Source: Candidatus Cryptobacteroides sp. (GTDB lineage Bacteria; Bacteroidota; Bacteroidia; Bacteroidales; UBA932). From it: a stretch of 64,000 nt of DNA. Where the stretch lies: contig JBGUPS010000014.1 of the NCBI GenBank assembly GCA_045130395.1, positions 22,228 to 86,227 of the forward strand, given 5' to 3'. Below the pieces are notes generated by a model. That model was not told the origin of the DNA. It was given only the letters and a program-made list of their open reading frames with translations, and did no database searches. Below are positions 1 to 9,936 of this stretch, in pieces. Within the stretch, counting starts at the first letter, position 1. Each line of letters begins with the position of its first letter. A program made the translations under genes and the position numbers.

Positions 1-151
1 CACCTTGCTCCAGGGCCTGCAACGCAAAAGCGTTACCGTCGAAGTTCTCCCCTTTCAGGGCCACGAAGAGTTGGTTTTCCCGGATGGTACGGGTGTCTGT
101 ATTCACGCCTGCGCTGTGCAGGAAGATATCGTATAACTTACTGATTTCCAT
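1..151 (-). CDS. murF: UDP-N-acetylmuramoyl-tripeptide--D-Ala-D-Ala ligase, N-terminal part (runs off window)
   Basis: Manual translation MEISKLYDIFLHSAGVNTDTRTIRENQLFVALKGENFDGNAF; the DTR..LFVALKGENFDG motif is the Mur ligase N-terminus typical of MurF. Confidence 0.85.
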   Translation of the reverse strand, partial: MEISKLYDIFLHSAGVNTDTRTIRENQLFVALKGENFDGNAFALQALEQG

Positions 152-161
152 ATTCTTATAA

Positions 162-593
162 CTATTTCCCCGTACTGCCGAAGCCACCGGCTCCGCGCTG
201 GGTTTCGTCCAAAACTTCCACCTGCTCCCATTCCACCTGCTCGTGGCGGGCTATCACCATTTGGGCGATGCGTTCCCCCGGTACAATCTCGAAGGGTTCC
301 TGGCTCAGGTTCACCAGGATGACGCATACTTCCCCACGGTAATCCGCATCCACCGTACCCGGGGTGTTGAGGACGGTGATGCCGTGCTTGATGGCCAGGC
401 CGCTACGCGGGCGTACCTGCGCCTCATAGCCCTTGGGCAAGGCGATAAACAGGCCTGTGGGGACCAGCGTGCGCTGCAGCGGCTGCAGCACCACCGGCTC
501 TTTCAGGTTGGCTTTGAGGTCCATGCCCGCACTCTGCTCCGTGGCATAGGCCGGGCAGGGATAAGGCGAACGGTTGACAATTTGTACCTTCAT
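162..593 (-). CDS. dut: dUTP diphosphatase
   Basis: [24 protein letters not shown] and [10 protein letters not shown] dUTPase motifs; start taken at MKVQIVN (593), coupled to the stop of the upstream gene. Confidence 0.95.
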   Translation of the reverse strand: MKVQIVNRSPYPCPAYATEQSAGMDLKANLKEPVVLQPLQRTLVPTGLFIALPKGYEAQVRPRSGLAIKHGITVLNTPGTVDADYRGEVCVILVNLSQEPFEIVPGERIAQMVIARHEQVEWEQVEVLDETQRGAGGFGSTGK

Positions 594-1687
594 TATTTGG
601 GAGCTTTGATATACAGGACGATGGCGATAATGGTATACAGGTAGTTGGGCAGCCAGATGGCAATGCTGGCCGGCAACGTATCGGTAATCACGAACATTTC
701 GCTGAACTGCATAAACAGGATGTAGGAGAAGCCCAGCGCCGTGCCGGCAGCCAGGTTCCAGCCCATGCCGCCACGTTTTTTCTTGGTACACAGCGCCACG
801 CCGATTATGGTGAGGATAAGGGCGCTGAACGGCAGCGAATAACGGTTGTTCTTCTCGATAAGCGACATGTTCACGGAAGCGTCTCCGCGCATTTTCTGTG
901 TGTCGATCAGCTGGTCAAGTTCCCGCTTGTTCAGTTCCTGGATGGTGTAGCGGTTGCGGAAGAAATCGTCCCTGGTAAGGCTGAGGACCGTATCCAGCTG
1001 GCGGCCGGAACGGATGTGGTCCCCCATGCCTTCGTCATAGTCACGGATGAACCAGTTGCGGAGTTTCCATATGCCCGTGACGGTGTCGTACTGGGCGCTT
1101 TCCGCCGTCAGTTTGGAAGTGAGACGGCCGGTGGAAAGGTCCTCCAGGGTGAAATTGTACGCCGTATTGTTATAGGCGCTGAAACTTTCGATATAGACAA
1201 AATGGTCGTCTTCCAGCTTGTAGTGCATGTCGTGCCCCATCTTCACCTTTCGCCATGGATTGTACTTTTGCTCGAACTGCACCCGCGTGGCGTTGGCATG
1301 GGGCAGAATCCACAGGCTCAGCGTAAGGGACAGCAGGGCGATGAGGGCCGCCGACACCAGATAGGGCACCATGAGCCGATGGTAACTAATTCCGCTGGAA
1401 AGCATGGCCACCACCTCCGAGTCCTGCGTCATCTTGGACGTGAAGAAAATCACCGTGAGGAATACGAACATCGGCGAATACTGGTTCACGAAGAACGGGA
1501 CGAAGTTGACGTAATAGTCGAAGACAATCTCCCTGAGCGGGGCTTCCTTCCGCACAAAATCCTCAATCTTTTCGCTGATGTCGAAAATGACGATAATCAG
1601 GGACAGGAAGGCGATGGAGACGAAGAACGTCACCAGGAACTTCCGGATAATGTACCAGTCCAGTTTTTGGAGCCCTTGGAATCTCAT
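593..1687 (-). CDS. LptF/LptG family LPS export permease
   Basis: [11 protein letters not shown]-terminus, [12 protein letters not shown] motif, 3+3 TM layout with periplasmic beta domain. Confidence 0.9.
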   Translation of the reverse strand: MRFQGLQKLDWYIIRKFLVTFFVSIAFLSLIIVIFDISEKIEDFVRKEAPLREIVFDYYVNFVPFFVNQYSPMFVFLTVIFFTSKMTQDSEVVAMLSSGISYHRLMVPYLVSAALIALLSLTLSLWILPHANATRVQFEQKYNPWRKVKMGHDMHYKLEDDHFVYIESFSAYNNTAYNFTLEDLSTGRLTSKLTAESAQYDTVTGIWKLRNWFIRDYDEGMGDHIRSGRQLDTVLSLTRDDFFRNRYTIQELNKRELDQLIDTQKMRGDASVNMSLIEKNNRYSLPFSALILTIIGVALCTKKKRGGMGWNLAAGTALGFSYILFMQFSEMFVITDTLPASIAIWLPNYLYTIIAIVLYIKAPK

Positions 1688-2826
1688 AGGCGCTGCATGA
1701 GTTTAGGCACCGTGGCGTTTTTCCAGGCGAGGAAATCTCCCTGGACGATGTGCTCGCGGGCCACGCGCACCAAGTCCAAATAGAATGCCAGATTGTGCTC
1801 GGTGGCCACCATGGCGGCGAACATTTCCTTGGCGATGAACAGGTGGTGGATATAGGCCCTGGTATAATAACTGTCTACGAACGAAGTGCCCTGCGGGTCC
1901 AGCGGGGTGAAATCGTCCGTCCACTTGGCGTTGCGCATGTTCATGATGCCGTCCCAGGTGAAGAGCATGCCGTTGCGGCCGTTGCGGGTGGGCATTACAC
2001 AGTCGAACATGTCGATGCCGCGGGCGATGCCTTCCAGGATGTTGGCGGGCGTACCCACGCCCATCAGGTAGCGGGGCTTGTCCTGCGGCAGCAGCGGGCA
2101 GGTCACCTCCAGCATCTCGTACATTTTCTCGGTGGGCTCCCCTACCGCCAGGCCGCCTACGGCATAGCCGCCGCGGTTGGCATTGTCCAGTTTGAGGGCG
2201 TGCTCCACCGCCTGGCGGCGGAGTTCCGGATACACGCAGCCCTGGATGATGGGGAACATCACCTGCTGATAGCCGTACAGCGGATCCGTCTCGTCGAAAT
2301 GGCGGGCGAAGCGCTCCAGCCAGCCCTGCGTAAGTTTGAGGGACTTGGCGGCATAGCGCTGGTCCGCGTCTCCCGGGCAGCATTCGTCCAGGGCCATGAT
2401 GATATCGGCCCCGATGATGCGCTGGGTATCTACGTTGTTTTCCGGCGTGAAGATGTGCTTGCTGCCGTCTATGTGGGAGGAAAATTTGCAGCCCTCCTCC
2501 GTGAGTTTGCGGATGGGCGCCAGGGAAAACACCTGGAAACCGCCGCTGTCCGTGAGGATGGGGCCGTCCCAATGCTCGAACTTGTGCAGACCACCGGCTT
2601 TGTACAACGTATCCAGGCCCGGACGCAGATACAGATGATAGGTATTGCCCAGGATGATCTGGGCCTTGATATCTTGCGCCAAGTCTCTGTGATACACGCC
2701 TTTAACGGAACCTACCGTGCCCACCGGCATGAAGATGGGGGTCTGGATTTCCCCGTGGTCGGTGGAGATGACTCCTGCACGGGCACTGGAGGCCGGATCG
2801 GTGGCTATGCGTTGGAATTTGAACAT
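1684..2826 (-). CDS. tgt: queuine tRNA-ribosyltransferase
   Basis: TPIFMPVGT, ILGNTYHL, TDSGGFQVFS, DMFDCVMPTRNGRNG motifs. Confidence 0.97.
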   Translation of the reverse strand: MFKFQRIATDPASSARAGVISTDHGEIQTPIFMPVGTVGSVKGVYHRDLAQDIKAQIILGNTYHLYLRPGLDTLYKAGGLHKFEHWDGPILTDSGGFQVFSLAPIRKLTEEGCKFSSHIDGSKHIFTPENNVDTQRIIGADIIMALDECCPGDADQRYAAKSLKLTQGWLERFARHFDETDPLYGYQQVMFPIIQGCVYPELRRQAVEHALKLDNANRGGYAVGGLAVGEPTEKMYEMLEVTCPLLPQDKPRYLMGVGTPANILEGIARGIDMFDCVMPTRNGRNGMLFTWDGIMNMRNAKWTDDFTPLDPQGTSFVDSYYTRAYIHHLFIAKEMFAAMVATEHNLAFYLDLVRVAREHIVQGDFLAWKNATVPKLMQRL

Positions 2827-2844
2827 CAATTCTTTTTTATACTG

Positions 2845-2873
2845 CAAAAATACGGAAAATATTTGTATTTTTG
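2845..2873. promoter_or_regulatory. back-to-back Bacteroidetes -7 promoter elements for tgt and the nucleoside MFS gene
   Basis: TATTTTTG (TAnnTTTG consensus) on minus at 2852-2845 and on plus at 2866-2873. Confidence 0.6.
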
Positions 2874-2914
2874 TATGATTGAAAACCTTTGGACGAATAA
2901 TAACACTTTATACT

Positions 2915-4201
2915 ATGAAGATTAAACCCGTTACCTTCAAGCTCATCGTGATGCTGTTCCTGGAGTTCGCCGTCTGGGGTGCGTACCTCACCTCCCTCGG
3001 CCGCTATCTGGGCAACATCGGCCTGGGCTCACAGATCAAGTGGTTCTTTGCCATGCAGGGCATCGTGTCCATCTTCATGCCCACCCTCATGGGCATCGTG
3101 GCAGACAAAAAGATGGAAGCCCAAAAGGTGCTTTCCATGTGTCACGGATTTGCCGGCCTGTTCATGGCCGGAGCCGGCGTATACTGCATGATTTCCGGAG
3201 ACCAGGTGCAGTTTGCTCCCCTGTTCATCCTGTACAGCCTCAGCGTCGCCTTCTTCATGCCCACCATCGCCCTGGTCAACTCCGTGTCCTATAACGCCAT
3301 GGCCAAGGAAGGAATGGATCCCGTGAAGGAATTCCCGCCCATCCGTGTATTCGGCACCGTAGGTTTCATCTGCAGCATGCTGCTCACCAACTTCCTGCAC
3401 ATCGGCGGCGTGGCCATGCAGGACAGCTACACCCAGCTCATCTCCTCGGGCGTCCTGTCCCTGATTCTGTGCGGTTACGCGCTCACCATGCCGGCCTGCC
3501 CCATCGACAAAACCAAAAAGAACGAGTCCCTGGCCGATGCTTTCGGTCTCAAGGCTTTCAGCCTGTTCAAGGATACGCAGTTCGCCATCTTCTTCATCTT
3601 CTCGATGCTGCTGGGCGCCTCGCTGCAAATCACCAACGGCTATGCCAACACCTTCCTGGGCTCCTTCGCCGCAGACCCTGCACTGGCCAACACCTTCGCC
3701 GTTAAGAATTCCAACGCCCTTATCGCCATCTCGCAGGCTTCGGAAACCCTTTGCATCCTGTTCATTCCGTTTGCCATGAAGAAATTCGGCATCAAGAACG
3801 TGATGCTCATCGCCATGTTCGCATGGGTGTTCCGCTTCGGCTTCTTCGGACTGGGCAACCCCGCCATGCCGGGCGTGCTGCTATTCGTCCTCAGCTGCAT
3901 CGTGTATGGCTTCGCCTTCGACTTCTTCAACATCTCCGGTTCCCTGTATGTGGAGCAGAATGCCGCAGAGGACATCCGTTCCAGCGCCCAGGGCCTGTTC
4001 ATGATGATGACCAACGGTTTCGGTGCCACCATCGGTACGCTGGCCGCCGGTGCTGTGGTAGATGCCTGCGACGTATTCAATACGCCGGCCAACTGGCCCA
4101 ACGCCTGGTACATTTTCGCCGGTTACGCCTTCGTGGTAGGCGTCCTGTTCTGGATTCTGTTCAAGGACCCGCAGAAGAAAGCCGCCAAGGCCGCTAAATA
4201 A
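2915..4201 (+). CDS. MFS nucleoside:H+ symporter (NupG/XapB family)
   Basis: MLFLEFAVWGAY, FPPIRVFGTVGFI, SQASETLC motifs; 12-TM pattern. Confidence 0.88.
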   Translation: MKIKPVTFKLIVMLFLEFAVWGAYLTSLGRYLGNIGLGSQIKWFFAMQGIVSIFMPTLMGIVADKKMEAQKVLSMCHGFAGLFMAGAGVYCMISGDQVQFAPLFILYSLSVAFFMPTIALVNSVSYNAMAKEGMDPVKEFPPIRVFGTVGFICSMLLTNFLHIGGVAMQDSYTQLISSGVLSLILCGYALTMPACPIDKTKKNESLADAFGLKAFSLFKDTQFAIFFIFSMLLGASLQITNGYANTFLGSFAADPALANTFAVKNSNALIAISQASETLCILFIPFAMKKFGIKNVMLIAMFAWVFRFGFFGLGNPAMPGVLLFVLSCIVYGFAFDFFNISGSLYVEQNAAEDIRSSAQGLFMMMTNGFGATIGTLAAGAVVDACDVFNTPANWPNAWYIFAGYAFVVGVLFWILFKDPQKKAAKAAK

Positions 4202-4208
4202 CGGCTTC

Positions 4209-4616
4209 TCAAACAATTAGGTCGTCCGCACTGCTTTTCATGGTGGTGCGGACGATTTTTTTGATGCGCGTGGGCGTTTGCTCGTAGTGGATGTCGAAGC
4301 AGGCATACTGGTGATGGATGCCCGATTTCCGGTACGAGGTTACATACTCCAGGTTGTAGCCCAGCCCCACCAGCGTAAGGCGGTCCACGGAACGGACACC
4401 CAGCCGTTCCAACTTGTCCAGTATGCTGTGGTTGCGCTCCAGGATGCGCAGGACGCGCTGTTCCACCACTCCCCTGTGCTGATACTTCTTTCGGTTGTGC
4501 CAGCGGTTCTTGCAGGCTGCGCTGCAAAACTTCTTGTCCGGCCGGCCGCTGGGGATGGCCTTGCCGCAAGCCAGGCAGCAAACCGGATGTTCCATGTCTT
4601 CAATCTTATAGGCCAT
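4209..4616 (-). CDS. hypothetical protein with N-terminal Zn-ribbon (CxxC..FCS..C)
   Basis: CLACGKAIPSGRPDKKFCSAACKNRWHN resembles a conserved Bacteroidota hypothetical family (DUF2116-like); divergent from the pilus operon. Confidence 0.65.
   Translation of the reverse strand: MAYKIEDMEHPVCCLACGKAIPSGRPDKKFCSAACKNRWHNRKKYQHRGVVEQRVLRILERNHSILDKLERLGVRSVDRLTLVGLGYNLEYVTSYRKSGIHHQYACFDIHYEQTPTRIKKIVRTTMKSSADDLIV
4222..4262 (+). terminator. intrinsic terminator of the MFS gene, lying inside the 3' end of the convergent ORF
   Basis: TCGTCCGCAC (4222-4231) / GTGCGGACGA (4246-4255) perfect stem followed by T7. Confidence 0.7.
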
Positions 4617-4934
4617 AGCGCAATCATTTGGGGCAAAAATGCACAGCGCTTTCCACATTTCCAAGCATCGTAAAAAAGATTTCCGGAAAAATTCACGTTT
4701 CGCTGGAACAACAAAAAACCGCGTTCATAAGAAAGATTTTTACGAGGGTCGATTTTTCTTACGAATCGTCGGTAGAAAGCGCAAATAATCGTAAAAAACG
4801 TGAAAATCTGCACCTCAGAGGGGTTTGGGCGGAACGAATCCGCCTGAGCCCCTTTTACTTTGCAACCGGACCGGAGCGGACAAGCGCGCACCGCCAGGCC
4901 GGCCCGCAAGTCAAACGTGATTAACTAAAGAGTC

Positions 4935-5312
4935 ATGGAATTTTTAAATAAGATACACATTCGCGGCGTAGTGGGAAGGGCGGAAATCACCAGCTTCTCC
5001 AATAACAGCCGCGTGTGCAATTTCTCAGTCGTTACGGAATACGGCGCCTTCGACAAGGAAGGGAATCCCTCCCCTGAGACCACCTGGTTCAATGTATCGG
5101 CCTGGAGCGGAAGAGACGGGATGGAGAAAGAGGGCATGGACGATTTTTACGGCATCCAGCGGGGCGTATGGATTGAGGTGATGGGACGCCTGCGTATGCG
5201 TAAGTATATCAGCCAGTCCGGAGAGGAACGGACCGCCACCGAAGTCATTGCCCGGAAGGTGGCGCTCATTCCCAAGGGCGAGGATCCGATGCAGGTTCAA
5301 AGAGACTGGTAA
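4935..5312 (+). CDS. single-stranded DNA-binding protein paralogue (OB fold, no acidic C-terminal tail)
   Basis: LNKIHIRGVVG, FSVVT, TTWFNVSAW, IEVMGRLRMRKY match the SSB OB fold; ends at ..MQVQRDW without a DDLPF-type tail. Confidence 0.8.
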   Translation: MEFLNKIHIRGVVGRAEITSFSNNSRVCNFSVVTEYGAFDKEGNPSPETTWFNVSAWSGRDGMEKEGMDDFYGIQRGVWIEVMGRLRMRKYISQSGEERTATEVIARKVALIPKGEDPMQVQRDW

Positions 5313-5314
5313 CG

Positions 5315-5878
5315 ATGAGAACCGTCGGGAAAACACTTTTGGCCGCCTTGCTCCTTGTAGGCACAGCCGTGTCGGCGGCCGCCCAGCGCTTCACCGTGGG
5401 AACGGATGGCATGGGATGGCTGGCCCTGGGGACCGTGAACGCAGACGCTTCCGTGGCAGTGAGCAAGAATGTCTCCCTGCACGCAGGCGCGGCGCTCAAC
5501 CCCTGGACCTACCGCAAGGATAACCCGGACAAGCAGCTGCAACTGCGGCAGCTCTCGGTCTGGGGCGGTGCACGCTGGTGGCCCTGGCACGTGTACTCCG
5601 GCTGGTGGGCCGGAATGGACGCCCGGTACATGGTTTACAATGCGGGCGGCATCATCAAACGGGAAACGGAAGAAGGAGATGCGTATGGAGCACGCCTGTG
5701 GGGCGGTTATTCCGTGATGTTGTCGGAGCATTGGAACCTGGACATGGGCGTGGGAGCCTGGGGTGGATGGAAGAAGTATACCGTCTATTCCTGTCCAAGC
5801 TGCGGAGTTACCCTGGAGCAAGGCGGAAAAGTGTTTGTGCTTCCCGATGCACGGGTGGCGGTCCAATTGATTTTCTGA
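5315..5878 (+). CDS. DUF3575-family outer-membrane beta-barrel protein
   Basis: Signal peptide; LALGTVNADASVAVS, LNPW, RWWPW..YSGWW, C-terminal aromatic (QLIF); usual first gene of Bacteroidales pilus loci. Confidence 0.8.
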   Translation: MRTVGKTLLAALLLVGTAVSAAAQRFTVGTDGMGWLALGTVNADASVAVSKNVSLHAGAALNPWTYRKDNPDKQLQLRQLSVWGGARWWPWHVYSGWWAGMDARYMVYNAGGIIKRETEEGDAYGARLWGGYSVMLSEHWNLDMGVGAWGGWKKYTVYSCPSCGVTLEQGGKVFVLPDARVAVQLIF

Positions 5879-5879
5879 T

Positions 5880-7886
5880 ATGGTTACGCGTAGAACAATC
5901 ATTTGGAGCGCCTCCGTGGCGATGCTCCTGGCGTTCCTCCTGGGTTGTGGGCCTACAAGGAAGCTCGGGCAGATCCGTCAGCAGGAACTGGCGGCTACGC
6001 TCGCCTTGTCCCGGAACGAAATCGAGGAGGAACGCAAGGTCATCGCGGTGGCCCGTCGGGACACCCTTACGGTGAAGGACGACAGCGGCAACACGGTGCT
6101 CATCATGAAGGCCGTCAAGGACGAGGCCTCAGGCGAAATGGTGGCTACAGACGTGCTGGATGCGGCGGTGATTACCGCCCGGTTCCGGAACGTGGCCGAA
6201 AGGAACGGCCGGATCGACCTTCGTTTTGAAATTATCGTCCCGGCACTGATGCAGGACACCCGCTGGCAGCTCCGTTTTTACCCGGAGATGTACATTCTGG
6301 AAGATTCTCTCGCCTTGGAACCCGTGCTCATCACGGGCAGCCAGTACCGCCGGCAGCAGCTGCGCGGCTACCAGCAGTACGAGAAATTCCTGAGGAGCAT
6401 CATCACGGACAGCACCCGCTTCCTGGACTACCGCAACCTGGAAATCTTCATCCGCCGCAACATCCCCGAGCTGTATGCCCTCAAGGCCGATTCCAGCTTT
6501 GTCTCGGACGATGCCTTCCGTTCGCTGTACGGCGTCACGGAGCGAGCCGCCATCGACCATTATACCAACCAGTTTGGGAAAAGCCTGAATGAGCGGCGGA
6601 AAAGCCGCCAGGATGCCATGTTCGCGCGGTATGTGAAGGTTCCTATCGTCACGGAAGGAATCCGGCTGGATACCGTTTTGCAGAACGCCGACGGGGATTT
6701 CGTGTACCATTACACGCAGCGAATTACCACGCGGCCCAAGCTGCGGAAAGTGGACGTGGTGCTGTCGGGGGAGATTTTCGAGAGCGACCAGCGGCTCTAT
6801 TCCATGGCCCGCTCACAACCGCTCACCTTCTACATCAGTTCCTTGTCCTCGTTCACGGATGGGACCGAACGCTACCTGACCCGCACCATCGAACGGCGTG
6901 CGGCGGCCAATACGGCCTGTTACGTGGATTTCCGGAGCGGGAAGTCCGAGGTGGAACCTTCTTTGGGGAACAACCGGGACGAGCTGGCGCGGATTCGTGA
7001 GAACATCGTCCAGCTGCTTTCCAACGCGACTTTCGAGCTGGATTCCATCGTGATTGCGACTTCGGCCTCCCCGGAAGGGACGCAGGCGGCCAACGATGCC
7101 CTGGCTAAACAGCGGGCAGGCTCCGTGGCTGCGTACTTCGACCGCTTCATCCGTTCCTACCGCGACTCGGTGCAGCGGGCGCTGGACCTGGAGGCCCGGA
7201 ACAGTTTTACCCTGACTGTCGGGGATGATGGAAAGGAGACGATGGGGCGCGCGAAAGCCCGGAAAGCGGACTTCCCCGCCATTGCCTTCAGTTCACGCTC
7301 GGCGGGTGAAAACTGGGACCTGTTATCGTATCTGGTAGACAGCGATTCCGTACTTACCGCATCGCAGAAGATGGCCTATGTCAAATGCTTACAAATCAAC
7401 GACTTGGACCAGCGGGAAAAGGAACTATCCCAGCGCGCTTTCTACCCCCGTTTGCGGGAGGTCCTCTACCCTCGCCTGCGCACCGTCCGCTTCGACTTTT
7501 TCCTCCACCGGAGGGGCCTTATCCAAGAGACGGTGCAGACGACGGAACTGGACACTACGTACATGAAGGGCGTCGCCGCGCTCAAAGACCGCGACTACAA
7601 ACTGGCCCTCACCTATCTGAAGGATTACAAAGACTACAATACCGCCATCGCCTATGTGTCGCTGGATTACAACGCCTCGGCCATAGCCATCCTGCAAGGT
7701 CTGGAACGGACGGCGCCGGTGAATTACATGCTCGCCATCGTGTATGCCCGCAACCAGGACGACCAGAATGCGGTCCAGTGTTATCTGGATGCCTGTAAAC
7801 AAGACCACAGCTATGTTTTCCGTGGAAATCTGGATCCCGAAATCTACGTCCTCATCCAGCGCTATGGCCTCAACAAAGACGAATAA
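5880..7886 (+). CDS. pilus-locus lipoprotein with OmpA-like segment and TPR-like C-terminus
   Basis: Lipobox LLGC; SASPEG..N..LA.QRA motif of the OmpA-like domain seen in Mfa loci; helical C-terminus. Confidence 0.65.
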   Translation: MVTRRTIIWSASVAMLLAFLLGCGPTRKLGQIRQQELAATLALSRNEIEEERKVIAVARRDTLTVKDDSGNTVLIMKAVKDEASGEMVATDVLDAAVITARFRNVAERNGRIDLRFEIIVPALMQDTRWQLRFYPEMYILEDSLALEPVLITGSQYRRQQLRGYQQYEKFLRSIITDSTRFLDYRNLEIFIRRNIPELYALKADSSFVSDDAFRSLYGVTERAAIDHYTNQFGKSLNERRKSRQDAMFARYVKVPIVTEGIRLDTVLQNADGDFVYHYTQRITTRPKLRKVDVVLSGEIFESDQRLYSMARSQPLTFYISSLSSFTDGTERYLTRTIERRAAANTACYVDFRSGKSEVEPSLGNNRDELARIRENIVQLLSNATFELDSIVIATSASPEGTQAANDALAKQRAGSVAAYFDRFIRSYRDSVQRALDLEARNSFTLTVGDDGKETMGRAKARKADFPAIAFSSRSAGENWDLLSYLVDSDSVLTASQKMAYVKCLQINDLDQREKELSQRAFYPRLREVLYPRLRTVRFDFFLHRRGLIQETVQTTELDTTYMKGVAALKDRDYKLALTYLKDYKDYNTAIAYVSLDYNASAIAILQGLERTAPVNYMLAIVYARNQDDQNAVQCYLDACKQDHSYVFRGNLDPEIYVLIQRYGLNKDE

Positions 7887-7900
7887 ACCATTTAAACAAT

Positions 7901-9064
7901 ATGAAAAAAAGCAGTTATATCTATGTCTGGGTGGCTCTGGCCACTCTGGGAGTGGTCGCCTGCAGCCGGCAGGTGGAGGAACTCCCCCAACCCCAGGCCG
8001 CGCCTGAGACGGGCCTGGTACAAGTCCAGGTTACCCCGCCGGATGCTCCCGGGATGCTCACCAAAGTGGACGGGAACGCCCTGCAGAACAACAACGAACG
8101 CAAAGTGAACAACCTGCAGGTATTCGTGTTCAGGAAAAACGGCAGCGAACCCGCCGGCAATCCGCTGGAAACCGACAAGTATGTGAGCGGGAGCACCACT
8201 ACCACCTTGAATACCCTCACCGGCGATAAAAGCATCTGGGCGGTCGTAAACGCCCCTCGCCTGTACGATGTCCGCACGGAGAAAACGCTGATGGAGAAGG
8301 TATCGTACCTGACGGAAAACCGTGCCGATAACCTGGTGATGTGCGGCCAGGCCTTGGCCAATGTGCAGCAATACAATGCCTCAGGCAGCGGAAACGTGGG
8401 AAGCATCACCCCGGTGGACCTCAGCGTCAGCCGCCTGTGCGCCCGCATTTCCCTGCATACCGTGGCCGCCGATTTCAGGGGGACCTCGCTGGAAGGTGCC
8501 ACGCTTACGCTCCTGGAGGCTTATGTGATCAATGCACCCGCCAGCGTCCGTCTGGACGGAACGCCCCTGAGCGCGAGTGAACTCAACAGCAGCGCCGCCT
8601 GGTACAACTTCCGCAAACTGGGGACATCGGCCGATGAACAGCTCCTCAACAACACGAATAAGATCCTGACGGAAAGCGGTTTATCCCTGAATGTAAGCAC
8701 TTCCGACGCACTGGTGGGCACGGCGGTGGACAAGCACTTCTATGTCTATCCCAACGTATCTTCCGTCAAGTCGGATGATGAATCGCCCGGCGCCCGCATG
8801 ACGCGGCTCATCCTGCACACGTATATCGGCGCGACGGCGGACGGACGCGAAGGCCGGGACAGCTATTACAGTTTCAACATCCCGGTGTACGGAAGCGGCA
8901 AAACCATCGAAGGCAACCATATCTACGACATTAGCAAAATCACCCTCACCAGCGAAGGAAGCCCCGTTCCTCCCCCGTTCCCCGACATGGAATACGGAAA
9001 AGTGAACGCCAGCATCACCATTGGCGAATGGGGTGGCACCGAAACCCTTTTATACGAACTCTGA
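7901..9064 (+). CDS. type V pilus major-pilin-like lipoprotein (FimA/Mfa1-like)
   Basis: Lipobox VVAC; E.KVNNLQVFVF, WAVVNAP, L.RL.ARISL, GNHIYDI..ITL and C-terminal I.EW donor-strand pattern. Confidence 0.7.
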   Translation: MKKSSYIYVWVALATLGVVACSRQVEELPQPQAAPETGLVQVQVTPPDAPGMLTKVDGNALQNNNERKVNNLQVFVFRKNGSEPAGNPLETDKYVSGSTTTTLNTLTGDKSIWAVVNAPRLYDVRTEKTLMEKVSYLTENRADNLVMCGQALANVQQYNASGSGNVGSITPVDLSVSRLCARISLHTVAADFRGTSLEGATLTLLEAYVINAPASVRLDGTPLSASELNSSAAWYNFRKLGTSADEQLLNNTNKILTESGLSLNVSTSDALVGTAVDKHFYVYPNVSSVKSDDESPGARMTRLILHTYIGATADGREGRDSYYSFNIPVYGSGKTIEGNHIYDISKITLTSEGSPVPPPFPDMEYGKVNASITIGEWGGTETLLYEL

Positions 9065-9906
9065 TGAAACGTTTTTATCCACTGGTACTCCTCGCGTGCA
9101 TGCTGGTTTCGTGCCGGTCGATGGTCGTGGAAGAACGGAGAAACTGTCCCAGTTTCCTCTTCTTCGACATTGCCAACCACGGACGCCTGGACTCCTATCA
9201 TCGCGTGCGCATTGCCGATTTCACCTATCCGGAGAACGATTTCCTGCTGGCCGACACTACAGTTGTAGGCCGTATCCAGGACAAGTCCTTCTACATGAAG
9301 GTACCCAAATCCGATGCCGTACAAGGATTCGGCATCGCCGGATTTGACGGGGCGCTCATCCGTCATGGGAGCGAGGTGGTGGTGGATGACGGGAAAGACT
9401 TTGTCCCCCTGTTCCGCTTTCAGTTCCGGACGCCGGCCCGCGAAGAGCAGGTGCTGGTTCCGGTGGAGCTCAGCAAGGACTATTGCGCCCTCACGCTCCG
9501 TTTCAGCCGGACCGACAGTTTCTCCGCACCCAAGGGCGTGTTTCCCTTCTACCTGCTTATCCGCAGCCAGACTGTGGGCATCGAAGGGCTGAGCGGCAAT
9601 CCGGTCCGCGGAGACTTTCAATATCTACCCCCGGAAGAGCAGGAAGGCGTTTTCCGAGCCATCGTCCCCCGCCAGGCCGACCGCTCCCTCACCCTGGAAA
9701 TCTGGGCCAAGGAGGGCCTGTATGTGGAAGAAGGGCTCGTGGGCAGCTACAACCTGTGGAACTTCATCCAAGAGAGCCATGAGGGATTCAGCTGGGAGGC
9801 CAAAGACCTTCCCGACCTGGATATCGAAATCGATTTTACCGAGAGCAAACTGGCTGTAACCGTACAGCCATGGATTTCCGAAGGCGGCATCCATTACGAC
9901 GCCTGA
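9064..9906 (+). CDS. type V pilus anchor/accessory lipoprotein (FimB/Mfa2-like)
   Basis: Lipobox LVSC; C-terminal VTVQPW; ATG overlaps the upstream TGA. Confidence 0.6.
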   Translation: MKRFYPLVLLACMLVSCRSMVVEERRNCPSFLFFDIANHGRLDSYHRVRIADFTYPENDFLLADTTVVGRIQDKSFYMKVPKSDAVQGFGIAGFDGALIRHGSEVVVDDGKDFVPLFRFQFRTPAREEQVLVPVELSKDYCALTLRFSRTDSFSAPKGVFPFYLLIRSQTVGIEGLSGNPVRGDFQYLPPEEQEGVFRAIVPRQADRSLTLEIWAKEGLYVEEGLVGSYNLWNFIQESHEGFSWEAKDLPDLDIEIDFTESKLAVTVQPWISEGGIHYDA

Positions 9907-9936
9907 TTAACAAAAACCTTTTAAAACCAATTACTT

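Noticed and set aside
4668-4804. Invertible promoter upstream of the pilus operon (TCGTAAAAA and AAACGTGAA motifs in both orientations)
   Set aside because: Matches are only 9 bp in AT-rich DNA, do not form one consistent flanking pair, and do not match the full Mpi core; they could be operators but are unsupported.
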